DNA of 63,682 nucleotides, filler included, from Octopus bimaculoides (lineage: Eukaryota), in assembly GCF_001194135.2 (NCBI RefSeq). It is 6 parts of 6 records of this genome, joined end to end, with 100 filler letters (N's around TTAATTAATTAA, not from the genome) between each part and the next. Parts side by side here need not be neighbours in the genome. Positions count along the whole stretch, not along the records: positions 1 to 13,883 come from NW_026329153.1; positions 13,984 to 25,894 come from NC_068990.1; positions 25,995 to 43,313 come from NC_068993.1; 3 more parts are not named here. One strand, given 5' to 3'. Positions 12,880 to 26,400 of the stretch are shown here, one piece after another. Each line of letters opens with the position of its first letter. The stretch's first letter is position 1. The translations under genes and the position numbers were made by a program. Below the pieces are notes generated by a model, which was not told where the DNA came from, did not search any database, and saw nothing but the letters and a program-made list of their open reading frames with translations.

Positions 12880-13060
12880 CAGAGTAGCCATCTTGAATTC
12901 GACTCCCGACTGCGTCTCTCTGTCACAGCCATTCCTCCTTGTTCCTGCCAACCTTCTTTGTTTCGCCATGCATCAGTGACTTTCTGCCGCTTCCTCCTCC
13001 TCGCTTCACTGAATCTCTGCAGTTGCTGCTAATGCCACTGTTTCTCTCCACGCTCCAGTG

Positions 13061-13115
<55 letters not shown>

Positions 13116-13480
13116 CTCTCTCTCTCTGGCGCAGACCGGGCAAACATCTTGATGCACTTTTCAAAAGCAGACAGACACGCAACGGCCAGCCGTAGCATAG
13201 TAGTAGTGGTAGTAGCAGCGGTGGTGGTGGTGGCCGCAGCAGCAGTAGTAGTAGTAGTAGTAGTAGTGATGGCTGCAGTGGTGGTGGTGGTAGTGATTAT
13301 ATCATACTCAGCTTGAAGGAAAGGCGGGGCAGCGCCCTTGTGTGTCACGTGTCCCCAAGAGCGTTAAAGACTGACGCTAGACAGTAAATTTGCTCGTGGT
13401 TTGGAGAAAATACGTGGACGACGTCGGTGAGGTGGGGTGATTGAGAGATTCCAGCGGGATCGGCGTTTAGTGGGGAAGAA
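12880..13480. promoter_or_regulatory. CpG-rich promoter-like segment
   Basis: YY1-type GCCATCTTG at 12887-12895, GC box GGCGGGGC at 13323-13330, E-box GTCACGTG at 13344-13351, and visibly high CpG relative to flanks. Confidence 0.4.
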
Positions 13481-13883
13481 GGTATCGGTTAGAGAATAAT
13501 TTTTAGGGTAGACAAGCAGGTATACTTTAGGGTATACTGTGGCCATGCTGGGGCACCGCCTTCAATATTTATTTATTCGAATGAATCGACTCCAGTTCTT
13601 ACTTTTTAAGCCCGGTACTTATTCCTTATTCCATCGGTGTCTTATTGCTGAACCGCTAAGTTACGGGGACGCAAACACTCCAACACTGGTTTATCCAGCA
13701 GTGGGGAGCGCAAACACAGACAAAAAGACACGCACACAAATATATATATTTCTATATATATATTAATAAATCATAGGGTAGCAAAAACAATTTTAGAAAT
13801 TTTATTTACCACCAGTGGTCTAGCGAGAGTAAAAAAACAGTCAATAGACTATGTATTATTCATTATTTAAATGACTAATACAT

Positions 13884-13983
13884 NNNNNNNNNNNNNNNNN
13901 NNNNNNNNNNNNNNNNNNNNNNNNNNNTTAATTAATTAANNNNNNNNNNNNNNNNNNNNNNNNNNNNNNNNNNNNNNNNNNNN
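13884..13983. other. Scaffold join: 44 N + TTAATTAATTAA + 44 N (assembly linker)
   Basis: Identical 100-bp structures at 25895-25994, 43314-43413, 59274-59373 and 62552-62651. The 12-mer encodes stops in all six frames. Confidence 0.95.
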
Positions 13984-15562
13984 ATTTATATATATGCATA
14001 TATATCTATATATGCATATATAGATGCTTGTCAATATATGTGTGTATGTATGTATGCATGTATGTTTGCATATATGCATGAAGGTATGGTTGTATGCATA
14101 TGTATACCTATATGTAACAGAAAGGTAGAGACAGAGGCCAAGTGTGTGTGTGTGCATGTTTGTGAGAGAGAAAGAGAGGGAGACAGAAACCAAAATATGG
14201 CAAGACAAATGCATGTAGTTGTATGGTGATTGTGACAATGCTTATGATAATACAGATTATGATATTAATGCCGATAAGGATCCCTTTCTAATATAGGTTC
14301 AAGGCCTGAAATTTGGGGGGAGGGGTTAAATCAATTACATCAGCCTCAACACTAAACTGGTACTAATTTATCAATCTCTAAATGATGAAAGGCAAAATCG
14401 ACCTCAACGGAATTTGAACTCAAGACGTAGTGACAGGTGAAGTATCGTTAAGCATTTCATGCAGTGTGCTGATTTGTTTCTACTCTAGACACAAGGCCCA
14501 AAAGTTTTGGGAAGTAGTAGGGTCAGTCGATTAGATCAACCCCAGTACACAACTGGCACTTAATTTATCGACCCTGAAAGGATGACAAACGAAGTTGACC
14601 TTGGTGGAATTTGAACTCAGAGTGTATAGTCAGACGAAATACCACTAAGCATTTCACCGGGCATGCTACCAATTCTTCCAGCTCACAACTTTCTTGATGC
14701 CAATAATAATAATGATATTTATGAAGAGAATATTGATGTTGATAATGTTAGTAATGATAATGATGATGAAAATCTGAGGTAAACATAACACAAAGACATA
14801 AATAAAACTATTTCCTTCCATTTTATTTTGCGTGTGTGTTTCTGTTAGATTTTCTTATTTGCAGTTCCAGACTGTCTTTTTTCCATTTTGTTAATGAAAT
14901 TGTTTGTGATAACAAAATTTTTTTGATTTTGACTTTTTAAATTTAGAATCATTTATGGAATAATTTTTTAATGTTGCTTTTTAAATGATTCTCTATCATC
15001 GTCATTATCACCATTAATGACATCAGCAGCATCAATTTTATGCCCATTTTTCCATGCTTGCATGGATCAGATAGAGTTTATTGAGGGAGATCTTGTATAA
15101 GCAGATGCACTTCCTTTTGTCAGGACTTGCCAGTTTCCAAATAAGTTAATATTTCCACCAACTGAACAAGTTTCCATGAAAGACTGGAAATGAAGGATAT
15201 TTGCTTACAACTATGTAATGTCAAAACAAGGAGATATTAACTATATAATATAGTAGAAAATAAAATAAAATATACTGCCACATAACAAAAAATGAATTGG
15301 ACACAAATTTTGATGGTGTAATATACAGCTACTGTGTTATGTAAACAGACTGAATTGTGTCATGTTCATGTGGTACATAGTTAAAGTAACTATGACTTAT
15401 GATTTAAATTATAAAAATTTTTAAAATTAGTATTTAATTGTTAATACTAAAGGTTACAATTCTTAAGTGATTAAAAAACTCTACTGGCATTTTGTACTCT
15501 CACAAGAAATAATGTAAATTAGGAATAAACGTTGTTAATTACAATTATCTATATCAGAAATA

Positions 15563-15768
15563 TTCTTTTACTCATTTACTTGTTTCAGTCATTTGACTGC
15601 GGCCATGCTGGAGCACCGCCTTTAGTCGAGCAAATCGACCCCAGGACTTGGATGCCTAGTTCTTATTCGATGGGTCTCTTTTGCTGAACCGCTAAGTTAC
15701 GGGGACATAAACACACCAGCATTGGTTGTCAAGCAATGTTGGGGGGACAAACACAGACATACAAAGAT

Positions 15769-15827
<59 letters not shown>

Positions 15828-15996
15828 AATACGATGGGCTTCTTTCAGTTTCCGTCTACCAAATCCACTCACAAGGCTTTGGTCAGTCCGAGGCTATAGC
15901 AGATGACATTTGCCCAAGGTGCCATGCAGTGGGAATGAACCCGGAACCATGTGGTTGGTAAGCAAACTACTTACCACACAGCCACTCCTGCACCTA
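15563..15996 (-). mobile_element. Full-length tRNA-derived SINE, family A (CORE-like motif, internal microsatellite)
   Basis: Head GGTGCAGGAGTGGCTGTGTGG (A box), GGTTCATTCCC (B box), CORE-like CACCTTGGGCAA, central (TA/TG)n and tail AAACAAGTAAA.GAGTAAAAG. Octopus OR/OK-type SINEs are known; the exact family is not verified. Confidence 0.85.
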
Positions 15997-16009
15997 TTGT
16001 TAAAGTTCA

Positions 16010-16134
16010 TTATGTCTGGGTTTGTACTTTTGTATGAAAGTATTCTCATCTATATGTACTTCATCTGTGGTATTCACTGAACAAAGAGAAATAAAGAGAA
16101 TACCTTAATAAAAGAAGTACAAACCCAGACTTAA
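16010..16134. repeat. Short inverted repeat / hairpin
   Basis: GTCTGGGTTTGTACTT..GTATTCTC pairs with GAGAATAC..AAGTACAAACCCAGAC. Confidence 0.75.
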
Positions 16135-17627
16135 CAAAGTACATACCCAAATAACTATTCACACATTAATCTCATTCTGCCACTTAACATGAGGAACCTA
16201 CACAGCTAACGACCTAAACTTTAGCCACTGGACTACATACAGACGACTCCTCTCTGCTCTCCCACCAGACAGATTAAATTTGGAATGCCTTGATTGTAAC
16301 TAAACATGTTCACTCAACCGTGTCGACCTTCATTTTTGTGCAAAATATATTGTCACATATTTAGGTGCAAAATATACTGCCACACTAGCACATGGACGTG
16401 AGAAGCATACAGATTTAAAACTTAATCACATGTTCACTCTCTACAAACACTTGACAGAAAATATTCAGCCATATTTTAAACTTTGAATCTGAAGACAGTG
16501 AAGCTAGTCATTAAAATGTGATTTTTCTTCTGAAAAATCATTTTTGGTTACAACGTATGCTAAAATTTATTCAGTAAACCTTTTGCTTATGAAAAGTTCT
16601 TTCTGTAAGAACACTTTACAGTAAAATGTGATTCTCTGTCTTTTTGTCTTGTGGAAACTTATTCTGATACTTTTACAGTAAAGCACTTACATGAATGTAT
16701 TTGCAATGCAAAAACATAATTTGGTATTTATATTTTCCTATATACATATAGAGATATGTGATATAAATATTTTTTCCTATTTTAGTTTATTCATTTACAC
16801 ACACACACAAATATGTGTTCTTACACAAATGTGTGTGTGTGTGTCTGCATGTGTGTCTTTTAAGTGGCTTATTTAACTCTTCATTGTTTCAACTTCAACA
16901 ATCTTATACCAAACAGTCACTGACCAAACAAATAAAACTCCAAATCTTAAATAATAAATAATTTTGTAATAAGACAGACAACTTCTCGTTGCAAAACATT
17001 TACTAATGATTATCTACTTTATTGTACGAAACACTCAGGTATATGTAATTATTTAAGAAAATATTGACAATTCTCAAAAAAAGTAGAATCTATTATAAGA
17101 GATAAAGGGGTAACTTGTGAAGAATAGAGATGTCCTCTTGTTTCCAAAATTTACTTAAGGGTATCTTCAGAAAATAATTTCTCAAGTTATATTTTGTCTA
17201 AACCAATATGCCAATAATCATGGAAGAGTAGGACAGGAGAATATGACAAAAATATTTTAATGGTTTCTATGAGGATAAAGAAGTAAAGAATAAAGAAATA
17301 AATTGCAACATACAAGCTTAATTATTGATGAGATTATTGATGAAATATGACAACTGCAGATCAAATTTCTTGCTGAAAAAAATATAAATGTAAAAGAATA
17401 TTGCTCAAAAGCCAGTACTGTTGCTGTAATTGTTTAGCCTTGAGTTGGAGCCAAAGTTATATAATGTGAAAATTAATACAATAGTGAAAGTGGTATGATA
17501 ATTAACTTGGAATACCTGAAGAATTACTAAAACAGCCAAATTAGTAAAGGAATGGTGAAATAGGCATATCAGTAAAAGGTTTTTTTTTGTTTGTCTCTTG
17601 TGAGGGTCATTATGTAAGGAATATATG

Positions 17628-17981
17628 CATGCACTGGTTCTATTTCACATCTTTTATTATTGTTAATATTAGTCGGCTGGTTAACTAATAGATTGATTAA
17701 ATATTCGATCAATCAATCAATCAGTCAATCAATAATTTTGTCAAAATTCTTTCATTGCCATTCATGACCTCATCAATCATTAACTCCAGACAAACCTGAA
17801 GCAGATCTGGAGTAGAGAGTAGTTGTTATTGATAGGTCATGAATGACAATGAATTGATTTTGACAAATCTAGCTAAGTGATTGATTGATTGAGAATTTAA
17901 TCAACCAGTTGATTAAGTGGTTAAATGGTTAACCAATTGATTAACAACAATAAAAGAAGTGAAATAGATCTAGTGCACATG
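17628..17981. repeat. Degenerate long inverted repeat (foldback/MITE relic)
   Basis: Arms of ~165 bp pair from CATGCACTGGTTCTATTTCAC / GTGAAATAGATCTAGTGCACATG inward to ACTCCAGA / TCTGGAGT. Confidence 0.85.
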
Positions 17982-19001
17982 TTTATTACAAGCATAATGG
18001 CCATTGTGTGACACAACAAAATCTGTTTCAACTCAAGATTTTACATCAAATATCTTGCAAACCAAATACAAATAAGAAATTGTTATATCAATGGAGTTGG
18101 TATAATAGTACAATAAGTACATAAATCAAATTTGCATAATAGTGAAATTGATTTAAGAGTGAAATTGATACATGAGGACTAGAAGAAATAAGATGAGTGA
18201 ATGAGGTATTGGAAACTTTGTTTACAAGTTGTAAGTTCAAATGTGTTGCTAGTATTTTGCTGAGATATCATCAGGATATTTTCTTTTATAAATAGCCACA
18301 AAGAGTAGGGGCTAAATTGAGCCAAGAAATATTTAGATGGTCAAAGCAATCATCTCAATGATCTCTGCTATGGAATCCAAACTCTAGAGCTAATTATTGT
18401 CTAAATGGCACCCTATTCCACATTAAGTACATTTCACACCTGACATTCAAAATAAAAATGAATATCTTCAACAGTTGATTTTGTTGAACGTCAGATGAAG
18501 AAAAATTAATCCACCATATTTTAAAAGATATTTCATGACCATTCCATCTATTGTTTCCATTTTTTCTATTTGTTACCTGGACTACATTATTTAGCATGTT
18601 CTTTTTAAAGACAATAACGATTAGTTTGACTAATATTTAACTGTTATTTCTAACAGGTCAAACAATCCTGTAGATAAGACCACGTTCTTTTCTTATCCAA
18701 AGTAATGCCCCAAACGAGAGATTCCTTCCAGGAATGATATTTGTTAAGGATGTTAATTAAAATGATGGTAAAATATTGATGATGAATGCAAAACAACTTA
18801 TCTCTCTAAAATCAGCCTGCAGAGTCTAAAGTTCTGACTTATTTATTTGGTTAACAATCTTATTGTTCTACACCAACCAGCATACGTTAACTTGTGTGTT
18901 GTTTGTTTGTCAGATTTGCTGCGGGGTAGTGCTTGGGGATGACCCCTGTTAATGCTAAGTATTAAAACACCTGAAAGTCATAGACAGGCAAGACAACTCA
19001 C

Positions 19002-19070
19002 CTCAAATTTAATTCAGGAGTGATGGCTACCAATATCTCACTATCTTTGTAGCTTATTAACATCACATAC
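19002..19070 (-). CDS. Candidate internal exon YVMLISYKDSEILVAITPELNL, unknown protein
   Basis: Acceptor ccccagttcatttcag, donor GAG|GTGAGT, 69 nt open, phase 2 to 2. Confidence 0.35.
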
Positions 19071-20217
19071 CTGAAATGAACTGGGGATGAGTTGAGCTGA
19101 CAGACTACGACTTGATATATAAATAATGTAAGAACTATTTGCTGATGTGCCACAGCAATACACGTGTAAGATTAAATTCAATAACAAATTAAAAGCATAT
19201 GTCATTATATCATCATTGTTTAACATCTGCTTTCCATGCTGACATGGGTTGGATGGTTTGACATGGAGCTGACCAGCTGAAAGCTGTCCAGATACTAATT
19301 GTCTGTTGTAGCATGATTTTTACAGCTGGATGCCTTTCCTCATGCCAACCACCATGTAGAGTGTGCTGGGGGCTTTTTTGCACAGCACTGGCATAGATGC
19401 TGAATTTATGTAGCTCCAGCATAGGTGTGGACTGAAACAGGTGCTTTTTATGGGGCACTGGCACCTGAAAAGACAAGCCTGTATGTGTGGAAGACAGCGG
19501 TTTTACTTAGCCTCTTATGTCTTATCAAATACAGCAAATATATATATATCATAAATATTTAGTAGGGCCAGGGAGAAAGACTCTTATCTATGTTCCACTG
19601 AGGAGATCCAATGCAGAGGGCCAAAAGATAATTAATTGATAGTCATTAGAGTATATGACAAAACAATATGAAGTAAAATGGTTTGACTTGGGGTATTATG
19701 AGTTCAAATCCAGCAGTGGTCTTCTTGGTTTTTCATCTTTTTAGAGTTGGTAAAGTATAATACCAGCCCAGAGCAGAATTATTACAGAGTCTGACAAAAT
19801 ACCAGACAGATTTTTTTTCTCTGATTCTTTGTGGTCTGAATTGAAATGATGGTGTAGCTTACTTGGCTGGTAGACTTAATCTGTCATCCAGTTTAATGTC
19901 AATACCTGAAACCTTAAGTGTCTTTAGCAGAGTTCATATCATTTCACGTATTTGGGTTAGGTAACAAAGGTGAGGATAACTTTCTTTTTAACGGTCTCAG
20001 AAGAACTGGAAACAATACATAAATAGTCAATGATCATGACCTTTTCTCTCTGTCTGTCTCTCCGTGTCTCTCTTGCTCTCAATCTCTCCCCTTCTCTCTC
20101 TATCTCTCACACACTCACAGACACTCACACAAAGTAAATATAAAAATATCACATTTACTCTTCCAACTATTTTTGCATATTTCCATTAAAATTAATTGTT
20201 ACTATTTGAGATTTTAG

Positions 20218-20260
20218 GATTTATTCTCTGATGTGTTGCTGTTTCGGTACCTAAATCTAG
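20218..20260 (+). CDS. Candidate internal exon DLFSDVLLFRYLNL, unknown protein
   Basis: Acceptor attttag, donor TAG|GTGAGT, single open frame, phase 0 to 1. Confidence 0.33.
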
Positions 20261-21164
20261 GTGAGTGTGCAACTTTTGGCAAATTTGCTGTAGTTTGATG
20301 TGATGAGCATAGTTAAATGTTAAAGCTTTGTGTTAGACCTTCCAACCCATATAAGCATGGAAAGCAGATGTTAAATGATAACAATGCATATATATATATA
20401 GAGAAAGATAGATAGACAGACAGACAGACAGAACTGATGGATGGACAGATAGATGGCTATACATATAGCTTTATGATGATCATATGAATAAATAAGCTTA
20501 CAGGATGTCTGAAAGAGATGTGAGTGTCAGGGTAACTAAACACAATATAATTTCATGAAACTTGACGTTATGTAATCTCAATCACTTGTAGAGTGCTGTC
20601 AATCTATATATATTCTCTGTCTTATAAAGGGGAGTCCGCATTTTTGGATGCAGAGCCCTGAACAATCGCTAGGCTCACACACACACATTACATATATACA
20701 TATATATATATANNNNNNNNNNNNNNNNNNNNNNNNNNNNNNNNNNNNNNNNNNNNNNNNNNNNNNNNNNNNNNNNNNNNNNNNNNNNNNNNNNNNNNNN
20801 NNNNNNNNNNNNNNNNNNNNNNNNNNNNNNNNNNNNNNNNNNNNNNNNNNNNNNNNNNNNNNNNNNNNNNNNNNNNNNNNNNNNNNNNNNNNNNNNNNNN
20901 NNNNNNNNNNNNNNNNNNNNNNNNNNNNNNNNNNNNNNNNNNNNNNNNNNNNNNNNNNNNNNNNNNNNNNNNNNNNNNNNNNNNNNNNNNNNNNNNNNNN
21001 NNNNNNNNNNNNNNNNNNNNNNNNNNNNNNNNNNNNNNNNNNNNNNNNNNNNNNNNNNNNNNNNNNNNNNNNNNNNNNNNNNNNNNNNNNNNNNNNNNNN
21101 NNNNNNNNNNNNNNNNNNNNNNNNNNNNNNNNNNNNNNNNNNNNNNNNNNNNNNNNNNNNNNNN

Positions 21165-21217
<53 letters not shown>

Positions 21218-21329
21218 GATGATGATGATAATGATAACAACAGCAATAATAATAGTAACAATAAAATAACTATAATAATAATATTAATAAAATAACAATA
21301 ACAGTAATATTGATGATGATGATGATGAC

Positions 21330-21362
<33 letters not shown>

Positions 21363-22356
21363 TATTATTATTATTATTGTTATTATTATTATTATCATTA
21401 TTTTTATTATTATTGTTGTTGTTGATATTAATACATATGTACATAAATGTATGTTGCATACATATGTATGAAGGAGAATATATACGTGTATGTATATGCA
21501 AGAGTGTGCATACAGGCTGCCAGGTGTGCAAGCGTAATGTATGTGGATGTATGTGTATGAAGAGATATAAATGTACCAGTGTAAAAGAGGCTTTTCCATA
21601 TTCAAAGCCATTACTTACCATTCTTACTTACGGCAACTTCCTGAAATATGGAAAAGGTAAATCTATGTTGAAATTTTCTTCATATCTCTACTAGAGGATG
21701 CCATATGTAACAAAGAAAAATGTAATAAAATTACTAAAAAAAAAGAACAAGATAAAAAATATATAAATAAAATCAAATCAAAGAGAAAAGGAAACAAAAT
21801 ATTACTGAAATCAAAATAAAAAAATAATTTTGGGAAAATATATACATATGTGTGTGCTTATATGCATTTGTATGTGTGTACGTTTCTATACATGCACGCA
21901 CACATATATGTGTATAAATAAATATTATATATATATATATGCTTATATACATATACATTATATATATATATCTTTATATATNNNNNNNNNNATATATATG
22001 CTTATATACATATACATTATATATATATATCTTTATATATACTTATATATGTATATATATATATATATATATGTACAATATAGAAATTATATATTAGAAT
22101 ATATATATGTATGTAATATGTAAATATATGTGTGTGTTTAGGCATGTGTGCCAGTGTGTATGTGTATGGTTTTCAGAATTATCTATGATATATATTATAA
22201 GTCTCCAAGAAGTGTTTTGAATTCTTTGATTTTTATTATTATTACTTTTTTCTGCTAAGCCAGGAGAAGAGGTGTAAGAAAATACTATTCCAGTTTTAAT
22301 GGTTCAATGTCTCCAGGGTAAAAGAGATTTTCAAATCAAGATTCTTTACTTCTCAG

Positions 22357-22463
22357 GTAGGGAAAGCGCTTGTCGGCAAAATTCATTTGTTGTGAATCAC
22401 AGCATGAAGAGAAGATATAGTGAAATATCACAAACAAAGACTGAAATGGGTGGGGATGGGTAG
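22357..22463 (+). CDS. Candidate terminal exon (G)RESACRQNSFVVNHSMKRRYSEISQTKTEMGGDG*
   Basis: Strong acceptor attctttacttctcag; phase 1 is compatible with 20218-20260; retains CpGs in a CpG-poor block. Confidence 0.28.
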
Positions 22464-22636
22464 TTGTGGTGGTTGCCATGATGATGCTCATGGTGATGTT
22501 GGTGGTGCTACTGGGGTGTGTCAGAAGAAATAAGGTGCTGGATTGTGAGGATGGTGGTGTAGGAAAAAAAATTGTTGGTTAAAAGTAAATCTGTAAAGAA
22601 AATATATAAAATAAATTTAGTTTTCACATTTATACC

Positions 22637-22717
<81 letters not shown>

Positions 22718-23599
22718 CATGCACAAGAGAATATATTGTGTATACATTCACAAATATGCACACATACAGACGTATAAAACAAAGATATATATGCTTTTAT
22801 ATACTTATCAAGCAGATTATATATTTTTTATATAATTGTATATACATATATACATATATGTGTATTTGTGTGTGTATGCTTATACATTTTCTTTAAAAAG
22901 AAAGCTTCATTACTGCTTATTTTCATTTCATTTACAATTTCTTTTCTAACTACATAAAAACATATATACACATGTATATGTGTGTAAACTCATTCACACA
23001 CACACATACATATGTGTATGTGTGTATAATATAACTTTTTTTCTTTTTTCATCAGCTTTGGAATGAAAGTCTTTTTTTATTTATATTTAGATTTGCAAAG
23101 AAAGTAAACTATTGCCACATCACATCATTCCAGCAGCACAAGATATACCATAATTTCAAATAATATTAAAAAATGTTCAAGAAATGCTTTAGAATATTTC
23201 CATAGTTATGTATATGCATATGTATGTAAATATTTATATCTACATCTATGCATGAACATGTGTGTGTGTATGTGTGTGTGTGTGTGTGTGTGTGTATGCT
23301 GAGATGGAGAGAGACATTGAGTAAGTGAAAGTAAAATAACACGATGTGGTACTCAAATGGATGGAAACTTAAACTTGAAGTTCTTCATCCGGGGCCAAAT
23401 TTTGGCATCGAAAATCAGTTATGAAACCAATTTTTATGGTTCTGTTAAGGAGGTAGTTAGATTGATAAACAAAGTCAGGAATATGACATACAGATCACAA
23501 AATACTGAAAAAAAAAAACAAACAGAAAAGAAGAATTATGTAAAATTTTATCTCGACAGCTGTTTCAAGACAGCCATAACTTACATAATAACCACATTC

Positions 23600-25150
23600 A
23601 TAAGTAATATGTTCATGAAATTTTTAAAGTTAGTTAGGTCTCCCAATTCTAGAACAGGATGGTAAATGAAGAATATGCCTAGAAATTATATCCGATGACA
23701 TAAAATTACAAGATGATGTCACTAAATTTGTGGAAAATAGTTAGAGATATAAGTCCCTATGTTGCCAGGCAATAAGGTAATGGAAAGAGAAATGGAAACG
23801 TTTCCAAAGTGTAAAAGAGAGGTGTCAGGAAGATGCTTAAAATAAAACTAAATATCATCAACGCAATGAATAAAGAGCTATGCTAATATAACGATACTCC
23901 TTTTCTAAAATGGACAAAGGCAGAGCTACATGGATTAGATGGAAGTACCAGGAAGCTGTTCACAATATAAAATATGTAGCACTCTGAAAGTATTACCAAC
24001 AACCTCCACTTGCAAAGAAAAGAAGGCAAACACACCATAATGCTGTGATTTTGGATTCCTAAAACTACGTTGTACATAGTATAAGAAATAATACTATCTG
24101 CTGTTAGAAATATTCAAGACGTTACTGAAAGAGTAGGTCCATATATGAACAGAAAGAAGAACAACTGGACAAAGTGCTGGAAAGAGAAGGAATTAAATGA
24201 TTAATTCATGCAACAAACAGAGGATGTTGGGAGTAAAGGATTCTGGTTATGGCTGATAGATGGAAGCCTAAAATAAAAAACTGAATTTCTAATTATAGCC
24301 ACTGAAGAACAAAGCCATGAGAATAAATTTGATCTGATAGACAAGTAATATTGCTGTGCATGAATGGTGAGGTACACATGAGCTGAGAGAAAAATTCTGT
24401 GTAAAGCAATCATTTGTAACATGTAAGAGCAATGACAGTACTGCATGGACATGTAATGCTTATGGATGATAACAGATGAGTGAAGAAGTGCTAATAGTTT
24501 CAAGTAGAAGGTTTTAATAAAAGAGGAAAACCAATGATGACAACGTCTAAAGTTGTGAAGGCTTGTCTCAAGAAGCCAACCAATACTAGATATATATCAA
24601 AGAAACAGACCAAGTAATAAAATGTTGTTTTAAAGAGGTCGCAAGGCAGTCACTGCTCATAAGTAATTCTTTACGAAAACTTGAACAAACACCATCTATG
24701 AAAAAACTTTGAAAATCTCTACAATTATTGTAGGACAATCAACAAATCTATTGTGATGCCAGTAATCGATAGAGACAACAATGAAAGATCAAAACAGACT
24801 ATATAATCATTTAATAAGCCCTCTTCAGCTTCCAAATCAGATTTCTTCCTTGTTTCAACGCCATATAAATACACATGCTTTCTTCTAATCAATACCAACA
24901 TACAGCTCAACTACAAAGCTCACATAAATGTTTTTGAAAATTATAAAATGAAAAATAATCTAAAAATTCCAAGAACACTTAAAACTCTTGAAATATGATA
25001 AAGGAAGAGAATATATTCTGAGTTTATGTGATTCATTAAACTCAAGATTTTAATTTGAAACTTCCAATGATTTGCTTTTAAAAATGGCAGGTATTGAAAT
25101 TGCTAACGTTGGACTCTGCACATGACTCCAACAGTCTTATGAATTATGTC
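23600..25150 (+). mobile_element. Heavily decayed Dong/R4-like LINE (post-RT region)
   Basis: Fragments NIINAMN..KWTKAEL.GLD..TRKL, FWLWL..GSLK.KTEFLIIA.EEQ and LLTLDSAH resemble Dong/R4-like consensus segments. Many stops and frameshifts. Confidence 0.65.
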
Positions 25151-25516
25151 ATCTACAATTTATGTAACAGAAACCACTTCAGTTTGACAAAGTGAATAAG
25201 GGTTTTGGAATAGAACTTGGAATATAACCCCTCAATGAACATATACTGAACGAAGGGTAACTCAAAAACATATTTTACATACACAAAAGGAACAAAAATG
25301 AAAAAGGAAGATATCAATTTTAACACAGTGGACAGTCCATAGAGTCTGAAAATAAAGTATGCTATCTGTCAGTACATGGTGATAAGCTGTGTCATATAGT
25401 ATAACACCATATTAACAATGACAGGTCAAGCAACTAGCAAGAACATTTTCTCTTGCTGTTTTGGGATGTAATGACATTTGATAGCTTACATGATTTCATT
25501 TATGAGAACGTTTTAG

Positions 25517-25602
25517 AGCTTCAACACCAATTTATTCGATAGAATGGACATCTGTAATTCTACTCCAACAGAAGACAGAATGTTAAGTTATTCATTGAGA
25601 TG
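25517..25602 (+). CDS. Candidate exon SFNTNLFDRMDICNSTPTEDRMLSYSLR
   Basis: Consensus donor GATG|GTAAGT. The acceptor is ambiguous (25517 or 25572). Confidence 0.27.
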
Positions 25603-25829
25603 GTAAGTATATAATTTTATTCATTCCAATTAAACATCGTCATATTTGACAGTTTGGCAGTTACTTTATGTTTCTTTTTTTATTTACATTTCAAGCAATT
25701 TAAATTGTTGTTTTTATGTTCTTGTTCTTTTAATTTTAGTCAGTTGCTTGCATATATACATGCATATATTTATATAAATCTATATGCACATACATGGAGA
25801 CATATATATATATATATACATACATATGA

Positions 25830-25868
<39 letters not shown>

Positions 25869-26082
25869 CATGGATACATATATATATATATATANNNNNN
25901 NNNNNNNNNNNNNNNNNNNNNNNNNNNNNNNNNNNNNNTTAATTAATTAANNNNNNNNNNNNNNNNNNNNNNNNNNNNNNNNNNNNNNNNNNNNGGCTTT
26001 TCTTGCCATCGTTTTATCATGGTCCGTTGCTGTTCTAGTTTTAGTTTGGATTTCATTTGTTTTATAGCTTTTGTTGTTTCTT

Positions 26083-26139
26083 CTTCTTCTTCTTCGTATT
26101 TGTTAGGTAGATTGATTTCTTGTTTGTATTTGTCAGCTT

Positions 26140-26170
<31 letters not shown>

Positions 26171-26400
26171 TTGCTTTTGCACAGCTTCTAACGCTGGAGA
26201 TGTACTGCGGTGTCAGCTGTTCACTACCGGTGAACTAACGTAACACCTCTTATTTTTCGAACACTTTCCGGAGTATTCGAACGGTTCCAAGCAAGTGCTC
26301 CACCCTTATTGCAGTCCCTATTTGTTCCACGTATTTCTCGAGATTTTTGCTCACTATTCCCAGAGCTCCGACAATGATTGTCAAGTGGTCAAATTTGCAT
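26083..26400 (-). mobile_element. Dong/R4-like LINE 3' end with (TAA)n tail
   Basis: IIVGALGIVSKNLEKYVEQIG..LLGTVRILRKVFE followed by 3' UTR and TAA repeats. Confidence 0.8.

Noticed and set aside
13928-13939. TTAATTAATTAA as a biological palindrome or homeodomain site
   Set aside because: Always centred in 44 N + 44 N; it is an assembly linker.
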